A DNA stretch of 64,000 bases from NCBI GenBank assembly GCA_029261065.1, contig JAJDCB010000029.1, positions 15,448-79,447 of the forward strand, in the 5' to 3' direction. Positions 47,008 through 56,713 of the stretch are shown here, piece after piece. This DNA comes from Candidatus Omnitrophota bacterium. GTDB taxonomy: Bacteria > Omnitrophota > Gorgyraeia > Zapsychrales > Zapsychraceae. Within the stretch, counting starts at the first letter, position 1, and every line of letters begins with the position of its first letter. The notes beneath the pieces were generated by a model. It saw only the letters and a program-made list of their open reading frames with translations, did not search any database and was not told the DNA's origin. Made by a program: the position numbers and the translations under genes.

Positions 47008-48668
47008 AGTTGATTATTTTGATGGAGCCATTGTTTGGCCTTGTTATGACCAAGAGAAGCCGCCATATTGGCATCCTTTAGGGCTTCGGCGTGTTTATTG
47101 AGGTGATGATAAATCTTGGCCCTATTATAGTAGATGGTCGCATCTTTAGAGTTAAGTTTTAGAGATGATTGATAATCTTTAAGCGCTTGTTCAAAGTTAT
47201 TTAGAAGAGCAAAGGTATTCGCACGATTCATATAAGCACTTTCATAATCAGGGTCTAGTTTGATAGCTAAACTATAATCCGTAACGGCCTTTTTGTACTG
47301 TTTTAAGGCTGCAAACGCGTTAGCTCGATTATTGTAAGCTCGTGCATGATCCAGTTTTAGTCTTATAGCGTTATCGTAGTCTCCAATCGCTTCTTTAAGT
47401 TGTTTGCGTTTTTTATATTCAATTCCCCGATTGTTATAAGCCATCCAACATTCAGGATTCTTTTTTAGGACATCTGTAAATAAAACAAGATTATTTTTAT
47501 AGACTAATGTTTGTTGCCAAGATAAAAAAGAAAAACTTGTAATGAGGAATGAAAAAACAACGATTCTTGCCTCTAAGTTAAATCGTTTAGTTATGTATTG
47601 ATAGATAAAACTTATCAATCCTACTAATACGCCAATACTGGCTACATATTGAAGATGGTCGGCAACAAAGGTATAGCGCATTAAATAAAAATTGATAAAT
47701 CCGAGTGCTGGTAACAATAAAACGATAAAGAATAAAATAGCAACAATTGGACCCTTGCCTAGTTTGTTTCTCTTCCAGAAAAACCACGAGATAACAGCAG
47801 CTGTAGCCAATATAAAAAGATATCCACGGAAATCCGCAACATCAACATTCCATTTAGTGTAAACAAAGCTGATCGGATAAGGGAAAAGAATCTTTCCACC
47901 ATAAAACCAAAGCGCTTTGCTCGCTATCAAACAACGTTGGATCCACGATAAATCCCAATCTGCTCCTTGAGCACCCACATGATTTTTTTCCATCCAGATC
48001 GTAAATAACCCTAATACTAAAGAAATGAGGAAATAGGGAGCTAGTAGTAAACAATCTTTAAATTTAATTTTTTCTTTTTTCCACCACAAAATTCCAAGCA
48101 AAGCAATTGGAAAGGTGCAAAAAGCGGTTTTGCTAAATAAACATAGGATAAATAAGAGAAGAGATAGAAAATAGTATTTTTTCTTTTGAAGATTACAGAA
48201 GTTAGTGGCGTAAGCTTTAAGATAGCTTAGGAGAGAGGCTAATAAAAAGACAGCTGATAAAACATTTTTTCTTTCTGCAACCCAAGCAACAGATTCTACA
48301 TATACAGGGTGGACGGTAAATAAAGCAGCGCAGACCCAGGCTCCGTGTATATTTAAGTGCAGGAGAATCAAGTACAGCAAAATAGCACTGATACTATGAA
48401 TCAAAATATTTATAAGGTGCGAATAAAAGGGGGTGTGATCAAAAAAATAATTTTCCAGCCAAAAAGAACTGTGTGTTAAGGGGTAATAGGGGTGTTCTGT
48501 TATTGTTGGCTGTAGCCATATGTTTTTAAGGCCATCAACAGTTGTTAGATGGGCATCTGTTAGATAAACATCGTCATCCCAAACATAATCGTTAAATGGG
48601 GCTTTTGAATAGGTGAGGAGTGTGAGAAAGATGATGATAAATATTTTAAAAGCGATTTTCATATTCAC
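47004..48668 (-). CDS. TMTC/PMT-like membrane protein with C-terminal TPR repeats (putative protein O-glycosyltransferase)
   Basis: N-terminal about 11 TM segments. C-terminal tandem TPRs (AYNNRGIEYKKRKQLKEAIGDYDNAIRL..., AYNNRANAFAAL..., AYMNRANTFALL..., YYNRAKIYHHL...). Confidence 0.5.
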   Translation of the reverse strand: MNMKIAFKIFIIIFLTLLTYSKAPFNDYVWDDDVYLTDAHLTTVDGLKNIWLQPTITEHPYYPLTHSSFWLENYFFDHTPFYSHLINILIHSISAILLYLILLHLNIHGAWVCAALFTVHPVYVESVAWVAERKNVLSAVFLLASLLSYLKAYATNFCNLQKKKYYFLSLLLFILCLFSKTAFCTFPIALLGILWWKKEKIKFKDCLLLAPYFLISLVLGLFTIWMEKNHVGAQGADWDLSWIQRCLIASKALWFYGGKILFPYPISFVYTKWNVDVADFRGYLFILATAAVISWFFWKRNKLGKGPIVAILFFIVLLLPALGFINFYLMRYTFVADHLQYVASIGVLVGLISFIYQYITKRFNLEARIVVFSFLITSFSFLSWQQTLVYKNNLVLFTDVLKKNPECWMAYNNRGIEYKKRKQLKEAIGDYDNAIRLKLDHARAYNNRANAFAALKQYKKAVTDYSLAIKLDPDYESAYMNRANTFALLNNFEQALKDYQSSLKLNSKDATIYYNRAKIYHHLNKHAEALKDANMAASLGHNKAKQWLHQNNQL

Positions 48669-48670
48669 TA

Positions 48671-49426
48671 TTATGCAGACTTAGCAATGATTTTTGGTTC
48701 TTGTGAATTTTTCAAATGATGTCTATTTCTCCAAAGGGAGTAGATGCTTTTAGCATAGTGGCTACCTAATTCTTTAAATTTAAAACGTGTTTGACCAAAT
48801 TTTCGAGCATACCACTGGGTTGGAATAACACAATAGCGATATCCGCGTAATATAGATTTCAGTGGCATCTCAACGGTAATATTAAATTTTTCAGCCTCAA
48901 GTGGCTGTATGTCTGTAATCACTTCCCGAGAATAGCATTTAAAAGCGTTTGATAAGTCCCGATAAGGCAATCGAAAAATCAGAGCAAGCCATTCATTAAC
49001 GAAGCGATTTAATAGAAATTTTAGTACAGGGTAACCCTTAGGGGATGTTTCTTTGCTCCAGCGCATCCCAAAGCAACAATCATATCCTTCTTCTGCCTTT
49101 TGAATATAGTGAATGATGTCTTTAGGGTCATCAGAGGCATCGGCCATTGCAATGATACAATAATCACCATTGAAATGTTTAAGGCCTGTTTTAATAGCAT
49201 GACCAAAACCGAAAGGTGGGGGATTTACAATTAAGTGGATGCGGGTGTCTTTTTGGGATAGTTGTTTAACAGCGGAAGATGTTAAATCTGTTGAACCATC
49301 ATCAATAACAAGAATTTCAAATGACGTTTGATTATTGTGAAGTTCATTAATTATGTTTTTAATGGTTGTTGAAATGTTATTGGCTTCGTTTTTCGCTGGG
49401 ATGATTATTGAAAAATGATGTGACAT
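48671..49426 (-). CDS. GT2 polyprenyl-phosphate sugar synthase (Dpm1-like)
   Basis: FSIIIPAKNE, VIDDGSTD. 251 aa. 2 nt upstream of the TMTC-like gene. Confidence 0.6.
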   Translation of the reverse strand: MSHHFSIIIPAKNEANNISTTIKNIINELHNNQTSFEILVIDDGSTDLTSSAVKQLSQKDTRIHLIVNPPPFGFGHAIKTGLKHFNGDYCIIAMADASDDPKDIIHYIQKAEEGYDCCFGMRWSKETSPKGYPVLKFLLNRFVNEWLALIFRLPYRDLSNAFKCYSREVITDIQPLEAEKFNITVEMPLKSILRGYRYCVIPTQWYARKFGQTRFKFKELGSHYAKSIYSLWRNRHHLKNSQEPKIIAKSA

Positions 49427-49499
49427 GAATTTAAGGGGGGTGTTAAAAATAAATTGAAATTATGACTTATCTTATAACCACATGAGGTAAAGTTCAAAC

Positions 49500-50888
49500 T
49501 TATTCTTTGCGTAAATGGGAGGGGAGGATATTTAGGTTTTGACGATATTTGCTAATGGTACGCCGGGCAATTTTCATGTCCTTCGATTCAAAATAATTTT
49601 GAATTTCTTGGTCAGAAAGAGGTTTGGATTTATTTTCATTCATGATTAAATCCTTTAATTCTTCTTTCATGCTTCTTGAAGAAATATCGCTATTAGCGCA
49701 TTTTGAGAGACCTTGTGAGAAGAAAAATTTTATGGGGAGTAGTCCGTGTGGGGTATCGATATATTTATTGTTTATTGCACGGCTGACGGTTGATTCATTG
49801 CGATCGATGGATTGGGCCACATCTCGAAGAACCATGGGTTTGATGGCAGTTGATCCTTGAAAAAAGAAGTCTCTTTGGTGCTCTAAGATGTAGTTTGCAA
49901 TGTTCTCGATAGTTTGATGACGTTGTTCAATGCTGCGTATAAACAATATTGCATTTTTAATTTTTTCTCTAATAAATTCTTGTTCTTCTTGAGTGCTATT
50001 GGGATTGTGAAGCATTCTTTGATAAATTTTGTTGATACGTAGTTGAGGAACATGTTTTTTGTTAATAGTGACAGTAAAGTTTTTGTTGTCTTCATTTTTT
50101 GTAATAATGATGTCTGGTTTAATGTAAATATTTTCCGTGATGGGACGAAAATTCCTCGCAGGTTTAGGTTCGAGGGAAGCAATAATCTCTGTGAGTTGTT
50201 TGACTTTTTCGATGGAGAGTTTTGTTTTTCTGGCAATATCAGCGTATTTTTTTTTGCTAATTTCAGTTAAAAATTCGGTAATAAGTTTGCTTAGCAAGAT
50301 GCTATTACCATTATATCGATAGAGAACTTGGTTAAGCAAACACTCTTGAAGATTGCGCGAGGCAATGCCTGGTGGATCGAAATTTTGAACTTTACTAAGA
50401 ATTTTCTCAACTAGTGTTATGTTATTGATGTGCAGGGTTTCATTAATCTCTTCACAACTCAATAATAAGTATCCTTCTTCGTTGAGGTTTCCGATTATAA
50501 ATTCTCCTATTTCTAATTCAATGGGATCATCACATTCAAATCGTAACTGCTCGAGCAAATAGTCTTCTAGGGGGGCGCTGCGTGTAATTGGCTTTTGTTC
50601 CATGATTTCATCATCAATGGTGCCATCATAAAAATTTTCAAAAGGGGACTCTTTGATCTGAGATATTCTTTGTTCTATGAGGGCATCAAGAGATTCTTTT
50701 TCAGATAACGTTTTTTCATCGTCAACTTCAAGAAGGGGGTTTTCTTGTAATTCTTGCTCTATGGCAGAGTTTAACTCCGTAATGGGTAGCAACAATATCT
50801 CTATAGATTGCTGCATAATAGGGGCAAGCGTTTGCTTTTGTATTTGTGAGGGCGATAATTTAATTCTCATATGCAAGAAGTATACCAT
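49500..50888 (-). CDS. rpoN: RNA polymerase sigma-54 factor
   Basis: Region I (LSPSQIQKQTLAPIMQQSIEILLLPITEL). Core binding region. C-terminal RpoN box ARRTISKYRQ. Alternative start at 50870 (MRIKL...). Confidence 0.8.
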   Translation of the reverse strand: MVYFLHMRIKLSPSQIQKQTLAPIMQQSIEILLLPITELNSAIEQELQENPLLEVDDEKTLSEKESLDALIEQRISQIKESPFENFYDGTIDDEIMEQKPITRSAPLEDYLLEQLRFECDDPIELEIGEFIIGNLNEEGYLLLSCEEINETLHINNITLVEKILSKVQNFDPPGIASRNLQECLLNQVLYRYNGNSILLSKLITEFLTEISKKKYADIARKTKLSIEKVKQLTEIIASLEPKPARNFRPITENIYIKPDIIITKNEDNKNFTVTINKKHVPQLRINKIYQRMLHNPNSTQEEQEFIREKIKNAILFIRSIEQRHQTIENIANYILEHQRDFFFQGSTAIKPMVLRDVAQSIDRNESTVSRAINNKYIDTPHGLLPIKFFFSQGLSKCANSDISSRSMKEELKDLIMNENKSKPLSDQEIQNYFESKDMKIARRTISKYRQNLNILPSHLRKE

Positions 50889-51104
50889 ATGATATAAAAT
50901 GTAACAAATAATTCTTAGTTCGTAAATTATTCAAATAAAATAAGTTATGTTTAATTTGTGAATTATTATGTTTTAATGTCATATAGCGTTACTGTGACAT
51001 GCTTAGAAAGACTAGGACAACGCAGAAATAGGAGGCTACGCAGGATACTTCTCTATATACTTCTGAATTTAAGTGTAAAAACGCAATTTGGGATGGTGAT
51101 AAAA

Positions 51105-51134
51105 TTGGACAAAGCAGTAAATCATTGCTATAAT
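51105..51134 (+). promoter_or_regulatory. sigma-70-like promoter (TTGGAC-18-TATAAT)
   Basis: ttggac at 51105-51110, 18-nt spacer, tataat at 51129-51134. About 315 nt upstream of the first gene of the EPS locus. Confidence 0.4.
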
Positions 51135-51308
51135 ACGCGTTTCCATGAATGTCCGGGTGTGTCTAGGACAGAGATGTTCAATCTTTTAAACATTGTTACA
51201 AAGCCTGAAAGTCTATGCTTTTTTGTCTCCATAACGCTTAATCTTATAAGTCGTTGCAAATAAAAGCTTTATAATCTTATAAAAAATGAAAATATATCTC
51301 ATCGAATC

Positions 51309-51324
51309 TGGCATGGTATTTGCT
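51309..51324 (+). promoter_or_regulatory. sigma-54 (-24/-12) promoter
   Basis: TGGCATG-GTAT-TTGCT versus consensus TGGCACG-N4-TTGCW. GG at 51310-11 and GC at 51322-23 with exact 10-nt spacing. Points toward the EPS locus; rpoN is the divergent neighbour. Confidence 0.6.
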
Positions 51325-51449
51325 TCATGTAAGGGTATAGATTGTCCTACAGGCTCATAGCCAGTGTTCATCGTAACAATACAGAGTAGCAAAGGATGGA
51401 CATCAGTTAGGAGTAAATATTTCAAAGAGTAAACATAGGAGGAATTAAG

Positions 51450-51635
51450 GTGAAAAAGCGAATGACGATTACCGAAGTAGCAGAAATCGTTGGGATTAGT
51501 CCTAAAACGATTGTACGCTGGGAGAAGGTCGGAAAGGTCAAAAAGGCTAAGCGGGATTGGAGAGGCTGGCGAGTTTATGACGAAGAAGATCTACATGGAA
51601 TTAAATTGTTTCATGAAACAGTGTTTGAAATTTAA
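51450..51635 (+). CDS. small MerR/excisionase-type HTH protein (61 aa)
   Basis: MTITEVAEIVGISPKTIVRWEKVGKV HTH. GTG start 8 nt after AGGAGG. Confidence 0.5.
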   Translation: MKKRMTITEVAEIVGISPKTIVRWEKVGKVKKAKRDWRGWRVYDEEDLHGIKLFHETVFEI

Positions 51636-51668
51636 TTTGGGAGAAAAATTTTTTTTGGAGGATGTATC

Positions 51669-52487
51669 ATGAAAATACTTATAAATAGTATTAAAAATGT
51701 AAGAGTTCTTGTTTTAGCGGGTATGTTTGTAGCCCTTTCAACACATGTGACGAATGCTCAAAATTTTTCTAATTTGAAACCAACGGAAGATCAAGCTGCG
51801 TTGGATGAGCAAATCACACAACAAGAAATTGAACGGATTTTAGCAAATGAAATCTATAGCTCACCTAATACAGGTGAAGTTGGCATAGATTTTAGCGCGA
51901 TGAGCAACTACACGTTGGGAACTAATGATGTGATTGAAATAGCTGTATTAAGACATCCCGAAGTGAGTGGTCAGTATGTTTTAAATTCTGAAGGAAAAAT
52001 ACAATATGATTTTGTTGGAGATGTATCTTTGTCTGGATTAACAAAATCAAAATCAAAAGAAATTATAGCTGAGAAATTATCTTCTTATATTATTTCGCCA
52101 GAGGTGACAGTAAAGATTGTAGGGTATAACAGTAAAGTTGTTTATGTGATTGGTGAGGTTGGACGTCCAGGTAAGGTTTTTATGCGTGGAGATACGATTA
52201 CCGTCAAAGAAGCTCTTATGCAAGCAGGCCTTCCTTTATTATCTGCCAAGATGAAGAAAAGTTCGGTTGTGACACCTTCCGATTCTGGAAAAATGGAAGT
52301 TAAGCCTGTTAATGTACATAAATTGCTTGTAAAGGGTGACTTAAGAGAAAACTTAGTTATGAAGCCAGGTGATACTTTATATTTACCACCAACGGTTATG
52401 ACTAAAGTCATGAGAACGATATCACCTGTTGCTGCTCCTATTGGAACGGCTGCTGGGACTGGACGAACGCTTACGACTGGTTTTTAA
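51669..52487 (+). CDS. polysaccharide export protein (Wza/PEP-CTERM-locus exporter type)
   Basis: Signal peptide. Poly_export motif GTNDVIEIAVLRHPEVSGQYVLNSEGKIQYDFVGDVSLSGLT. SLBB-like region. Confidence 0.7.
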   Translation: MKILINSIKNVRVLVLAGMFVALSTHVTNAQNFSNLKPTEDQAALDEQITQQEIERILANEIYSSPNTGEVGIDFSAMSNYTLGTNDVIEIAVLRHPEVSGQYVLNSEGKIQYDFVGDVSLSGLTKSKSKEIIAEKLSSYIISPEVTVKIVGYNSKVVYVIGEVGRPGKVFMRGDTITVKEALMQAGLPLLSAKMKKSSVVTPSDSGKMEVKPVNVHKLLVKGDLRENLVMKPGDTLYLPPTVMTKVMRTISPVAAPIGTAAGTGRTLTTGF

Positions 52488-52534
52488 TGGTCGTGTTTTT
52501 GAAGTTTAAATATTATTTTTAGAAAGGAAAGATT

Positions 52535-53818
52535 ATGCAATCTTCAGTTGAGAATACAGCAACACCAATGACTTATTTAAAAGTCTTTTTTAGGCGCAAA
52601 GAACTCGTTGTTATTCCTATGTTTGTTGGATTGGTTCTAGGTGTGTGTACAGGAATGACGTTACAAAAGAAATATCGTTCTTCCACTGTTATTTTGGTAG
52701 AAGAAGGAAAAAGTGATAATCCTCTTTTTGACAGGTTGGCTGTATCTACAACTGTTGGCCAAAGGCTTTCTACAATTCGTGAGTCTATGTTGGGTTGGAA
52801 TAGTTTGTTAAAGCTTGTTAAGAGATTAGATATGGATCGAGAAGTTGAAACGGCGCGTGATTTGGAAAATTTAGTTTTAGGGATTAGAAGTAATATCGAC
52901 ATTAAACTTCGTGGGCGTAATATTATCGATTTAGCCTATATGGGAGAAGATCCAGAGCTCACACAGGCTGTTGTTCAAAATATTACAGATATTTTCGTAG
53001 AACGAAATCGTGAGATTCAAGATGAAGAAACTAGTGACGCTATTACATTTATAGAAGAGCAATTAAAGGTGTATCGAGGTAAAGTTAAATCCGGAGAAAT
53101 TGCTGGATTAAAAGATCAGTTAAAGGTTCTTCTGGTTGATTCAACAGACAGTCATCCTCGTGTAAGGCAACTTCGAGAGCAAATAACGGCTAAAGAAAAA
53201 GAATTAAGAGAGCAAAATCTTGATTATACAGAAACGATTGCAGCAGAGTCTCAAAAGTCCAATCCTATTATAAGTGAAATCAAAAATGCTTTAGAAAATA
53301 TAGAAAGCAATTCTTCTTTAGGGAGCCAAGAAGATTCGGAAAAAGAATATTATAAGTTTATGTTAATCAATAAATTAGATAATGTTATGGCTCGTGATGC
53401 GAATGTTAATAATCAGATTTATAACATGCTTTTACAGCGATTGGAGACAGCAAAGATTACGCAACGTTTGCAGGCTTCAAAAGAAGGAACAAAATACACT
53501 GTCCTTGACCCACCCCGAATTCCACTACATCCTGTTAAGCCAAACAAAATATTAGTAGCTCTTTCAGGATTATTTCTTGGAGGCTTATTAGGATTTGGAT
53601 TAGTTTTTGCTACTGAATTTTTAGATAAGTCATTTCTAGATGTAGAAGAAGCCAATGAATATTTAGGTGCTCCACTGTTAGGTGCTATTTCAAAAATTAA
53701 TACAGACACAAGTCTAAAGGAAGCACGTGAGAAAGCTGGTTGGTTTTATGGGTTAACAGCAGTTGTAGGTGTTGTTGTAGTTGTTTTAACCAAGGCTATA
53801 TCAAATTTTATGCAATAA
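52535..53818 (+). CDS. polysaccharide chain-length determinant (Wzz/GumC-like)
   Basis: N-terminal TM, long coiled-coil periplasmic region, C-terminal TM. Proline-containing motif DPPRIPLHPVKPNK preceding TM2. Confidence 0.65.
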   Translation: MQSSVENTATPMTYLKVFFRRKELVVIPMFVGLVLGVCTGMTLQKKYRSSTVILVEEGKSDNPLFDRLAVSTTVGQRLSTIRESMLGWNSLLKLVKRLDMDREVETARDLENLVLGIRSNIDIKLRGRNIIDLAYMGEDPELTQAVVQNITDIFVERNREIQDEETSDAITFIEEQLKVYRGKVKSGEIAGLKDQLKVLLVDSTDSHPRVRQLREQITAKEKELREQNLDYTETIAAESQKSNPIISEIKNALENIESNSSLGSQEDSEKEYYKFMLINKLDNVMARDANVNNQIYNMLLQRLETAKITQRLQASKEGTKYTVLDPPRIPLHPVKPNKILVALSGLFLGGLLGFGLVFATEFLDKSFLDVEEANEYLGAPLLGAISKINTDTSLKEAREKAGWFYGLTAVVGVVVVVLTKAISNFMQ

Positions 53819-53857
53819 AAGATTAAGTCGTTATTATTATCAGGAACAGGTGATTAT

Positions 53858-54709
53858 ATGTATCAAAACTTTTACGGATTTAAAGAGCCTCCATTTAACT
53901 TAACACCAAACTCAAAGTTTTTCTTTTCAAGCGAAAAACATACAGAGGCGTTAAGTACCTTATTATATGCTATTAACCAGAGAAAAGGTTTTGTAGTTAT
54001 AACAGGTCACATTGGTTCTGGAAAAACGACAGTATGTCGTGCGTTGATAAATCAACTTGATAAGAATACACAAACAGCGCTTATCACAAATACGCATATG
54101 AGCGGAAAAGATTTGTTGATGGCAATTTTGGAAGATTTGGAAGTTGATTTTGTTCCTGGCTCTAAATCGAAATTGCATTCTCAGCTAAATACTTATCTTA
54201 TTGAACAACTTCGTAGAAATAACAACGTGGTTCTTATCATTGATGAAGCTCAAAATTTGACGCCATCCGTATTAGAAGAGGTGCGAATGTTATCCAATTT
54301 AGAAACGGAGAATGAAAAGCTGATACAAATTCTTTTTATAGGACAACCTGAGCTAAAGAAAAAGTTGGCTCTTCCAAGGTTAGAACAGTTGCGTCAACGT
54401 ATAGCTGTTTATTTCCAGTTAACGCCTTTGGATTTCAAAGATGCTAAAAATTACATTTTGCATCGTCTTAAAGTAGCCAGTGGCAGCAATAAAGTTTTTT
54501 TTACGGATACGGCTATTGAAATGATTTATCAATTTTCAAAAGGGATTCCTCGTTTGATAAATCAAATATGCGACAGCGCATTTTTAACAGGGTATATCGC
54601 TGAGGTTAAGTTGATTGATGAGAAAATAATGGAAGAAGTTATTAATGAATCGCCTATGAAACAAATAGGTGGTAGAGAATTAGAGAACACAAACGAAATT
54701 TCCGTATAA
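53858..54709 (+). CDS. AAA ATPase, ExeA-like (TIGR03015 PEP-CTERM-locus secretion ATPase type)
   Basis: Walker A ITGHIGSGKTT. Walker B VVLIIDEAQNL. Confidence 0.65.
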   Translation: MYQNFYGFKEPPFNLTPNSKFFFSSEKHTEALSTLLYAINQRKGFVVITGHIGSGKTTVCRALINQLDKNTQTALITNTHMSGKDLLMAILEDLEVDFVPGSKSKLHSQLNTYLIEQLRRNNNVVLIIDEAQNLTPSVLEEVRMLSNLETENEKLIQILFIGQPELKKKLALPRLEQLRQRIAVYFQLTPLDFKDAKNYILHRLKVASGSNKVFFTDTAIEMIYQFSKGIPRLINQICDSAFLTGYIAEVKLIDEKIMEEVINESPMKQIGGRELENTNEISV

Positions 54710-54725
54710 ACGAAGAAGGTGAATA

Positions 54726-55133
54726 ATGATGAAAAATTTTCCTATTGATAATCAGATGTTTTGGACAGATGAGTTAAGAGATGACGTATTTGAGTTATGG
54801 AGAACGTCCTTGATGTTTTTTAATAAAGCTTGTGAATTGACTAAACAATTTCCAAAAAACGTTCCTTTTGATATTGATATTCAAGTTCGGGAGGCGTCAT
54901 TTACAATTTCTGAAAAGATTGCTAAAGCATCAAAGGCCGATGACATTGAGATTTATCAGGATTACTTAATGGACTCTGTAGATGCTATTCATAATGCCTT
55001 AGCAAAAATGTATATTGCTAATAAATGGGGATACATGAGGCTTGACAATTATATTGAAACCCATAGTCAAGCAAGACGTTTGGCCGCTCAAATTAAAGAG
55101 TTGATGTGGTTTCATGGGTTACAAGTTGCTTAA
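54726..55133 (+). CDS. hypothetical protein (possible four-helix-bundle family)
   Basis: 135 aa, helical, no clear motif. Confidence 0.25.
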   Translation: MMKNFPIDNQMFWTDELRDDVFELWRTSLMFFNKACELTKQFPKNVPFDIDIQVREASFTISEKIAKASKADDIEIYQDYLMDSVDAIHNALAKMYIANKWGYMRLDNYIETHSQARRLAAQIKELMWFHGLQVA

Positions 55134-55158
55134 ATAATAGGGAAAGAAGGTATAAAAA

Positions 55159-55761
55159 ATGAGTAAGATGTTGAAGTTATTACTAAAGACAAACAAAGAG
55201 ACGCAGATAGAGAAGAAAGATGCTCTTGTTTTAAATGAGGGTGCCGTGACTATCGCTCAGGCATCGTTGCAATCTAAAGGGTATTCTATAAATCATATTT
55301 CTTTTGTTTTTAATATTTTTATTGCGCTCATTGTTTTGCTGACATTTAAATCTAATTATCGCATTTTAGAACAATTATCTTCAAATCAGATTTCAGCATC
55401 ACAGATGCATGAAAACATTGCTTATCAAAAATCACAAATATTAAAAATGGAATCGAATCTTTTGGGGTTTGAAAATGAGAAAAAGACTAGTCAAAGAAGT
55501 ACAAATTTACGAATATCAGCTTTGAATGAAAAAGAAAAGATAATTGAAAATAATTTGAAAAATTTATCAAAGGACCAACGATTGACTAAAGATACAGCCA
55601 TGAATTTGAAATTATCCAATCAATTGCTGGTTACTAAGCTAACATCTGTAAATCAAGAACTTAAAGCATTAAGTCAAACATATGATGAGCAACAGGGAAG
55701 CCTTGAGCAATTGCATAAAAGGTTAACTCGATTGAGTGAGTCTAAGGAGGAGTTAGAATAA
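55159..55761 (+). CDS. coiled-coil protein with N-terminal TM anchor
   Basis: One hydrophobic helix (FVFNIFIALIVLLTF), then heptad-rich sequence. Confidence 0.3.
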   Translation: MSKMLKLLLKTNKETQIEKKDALVLNEGAVTIAQASLQSKGYSINHISFVFNIFIALIVLLTFKSNYRILEQLSSNQISASQMHENIAYQKSQILKMESNLLGFENEKKTSQRSTNLRISALNEKEKIIENNLKNLSKDQRLTKDTAMNLKLSNQLLVTKLTSVNQELKALSQTYDEQQGSLEQLHKRLTRLSESKEELE

Positions 55762-56549
55762 TGGGTAAAATAACTAAGGCACTAAAAAAGGCAACAGAAG
55801 ATAGGCTAGGGCGAATTGAAAAAATTACAAAAATAAAAGAAAGAGATCAACTCATTGTTAAAAAGATTGGTGAATCCGAAATTGATCCTAATATTGTTTC
55901 TTATTTTGATCCTAAAGCGCTAATATCAGAGCAATATAAAATATTAAGAACAAACATTCTTTCGATGAATAAGGGTAGACCTCCTAGAACTCTTGTTATC
56001 ACAAGTTCGATTCACTCTGAAGGAAAAACGGTGACATCGTTAAATTTGGCTTTCTCACTTGCTCAAGCGGTTCATAAACCTCGTGTCCTTTTGGTAGATG
56101 CGGATATGAGAAAGGGAAAGGTGTCAAGGTACTTAGGTGTAGATAATAAAGAAGGTTTATCTGAAGTCTTAAGTGGACAGCGTAAAGCGAGTGAAACATT
56201 ATTTCATATAGCAGATCAACCAAACTTAACATTTATGGATTCGGGATCAGTTCCTGAAAATCCATCAGAGTTACTTTCTTCAAATGAAATGAAAGAATTT
56301 ATCACAGAGATGGAATCAAACTATGATCATATACTTATAGATACACCACCCATTATTTCTGTAACTGACTCAGGCATTGTTGGAGCGATGGTTGATGGTG
56401 TCATTATGGTCATTCAAGCGGGACGTACTCAACGCGGTATTGTTAAACGAGCTGAAGAGCTTTTGTTTCAAGCGCATTCAAAAGTATTGGGACATGTATT
56501 AACAAACATTGAGTATCATTTACCTGAATATATATACAGGTACCTATAA
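55761..56549 (+). CDS. BY-kinase (exopolysaccharide tyrosine autokinase, cytoplasmic catalytic subunit)
   Basis: Walker A SSIHSEGKT. Walker A' VLLVDADMRKG. Walker B ILIDTPP. C-terminal Tyr cluster EYHLPEYIYRYL. Confidence 0.7.
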   Translation: MGKITKALKKATEDRLGRIEKITKIKERDQLIVKKIGESEIDPNIVSYFDPKALISEQYKILRTNILSMNKGRPPRTLVITSSIHSEGKTVTSLNLAFSLAQAVHKPRVLLVDADMRKGKVSRYLGVDNKEGLSEVLSGQRKASETLFHIADQPNLTFMDSGSVPENPSELLSSNEMKEFITEMESNYDHILIDTPPIISVTDSGIVGAMVDGVIMVIQAGRTQRGIVKRAEELLFQAHSKVLGHVLTNIEYHLPEYIYRYL

Positions 56550-56713
56550 TATTGGAATTGCTGGTCATAATTTTAGATATTATGATCAAAAAGCTCCCAG
56601 AGTTTATAGGAACTGACATTTTGCTCAACTAAGAGATTTTACTAGAGCCTTAATGTTGGGGACAAAAACTCTGGGATTTTTGTAAATACAAGTAAAAGAA
56701 AGGAAGAGGAAAA

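Noticed and set aside
50958-51425. Two ORFs (101 aa on +, 70 aa on -) in the rpoN/EPS intergenic region
   Set aside because: The region carries promoter elements (sigma-70-like and sigma-54). The ORFs have no RBS, odd composition, and overlap each other.
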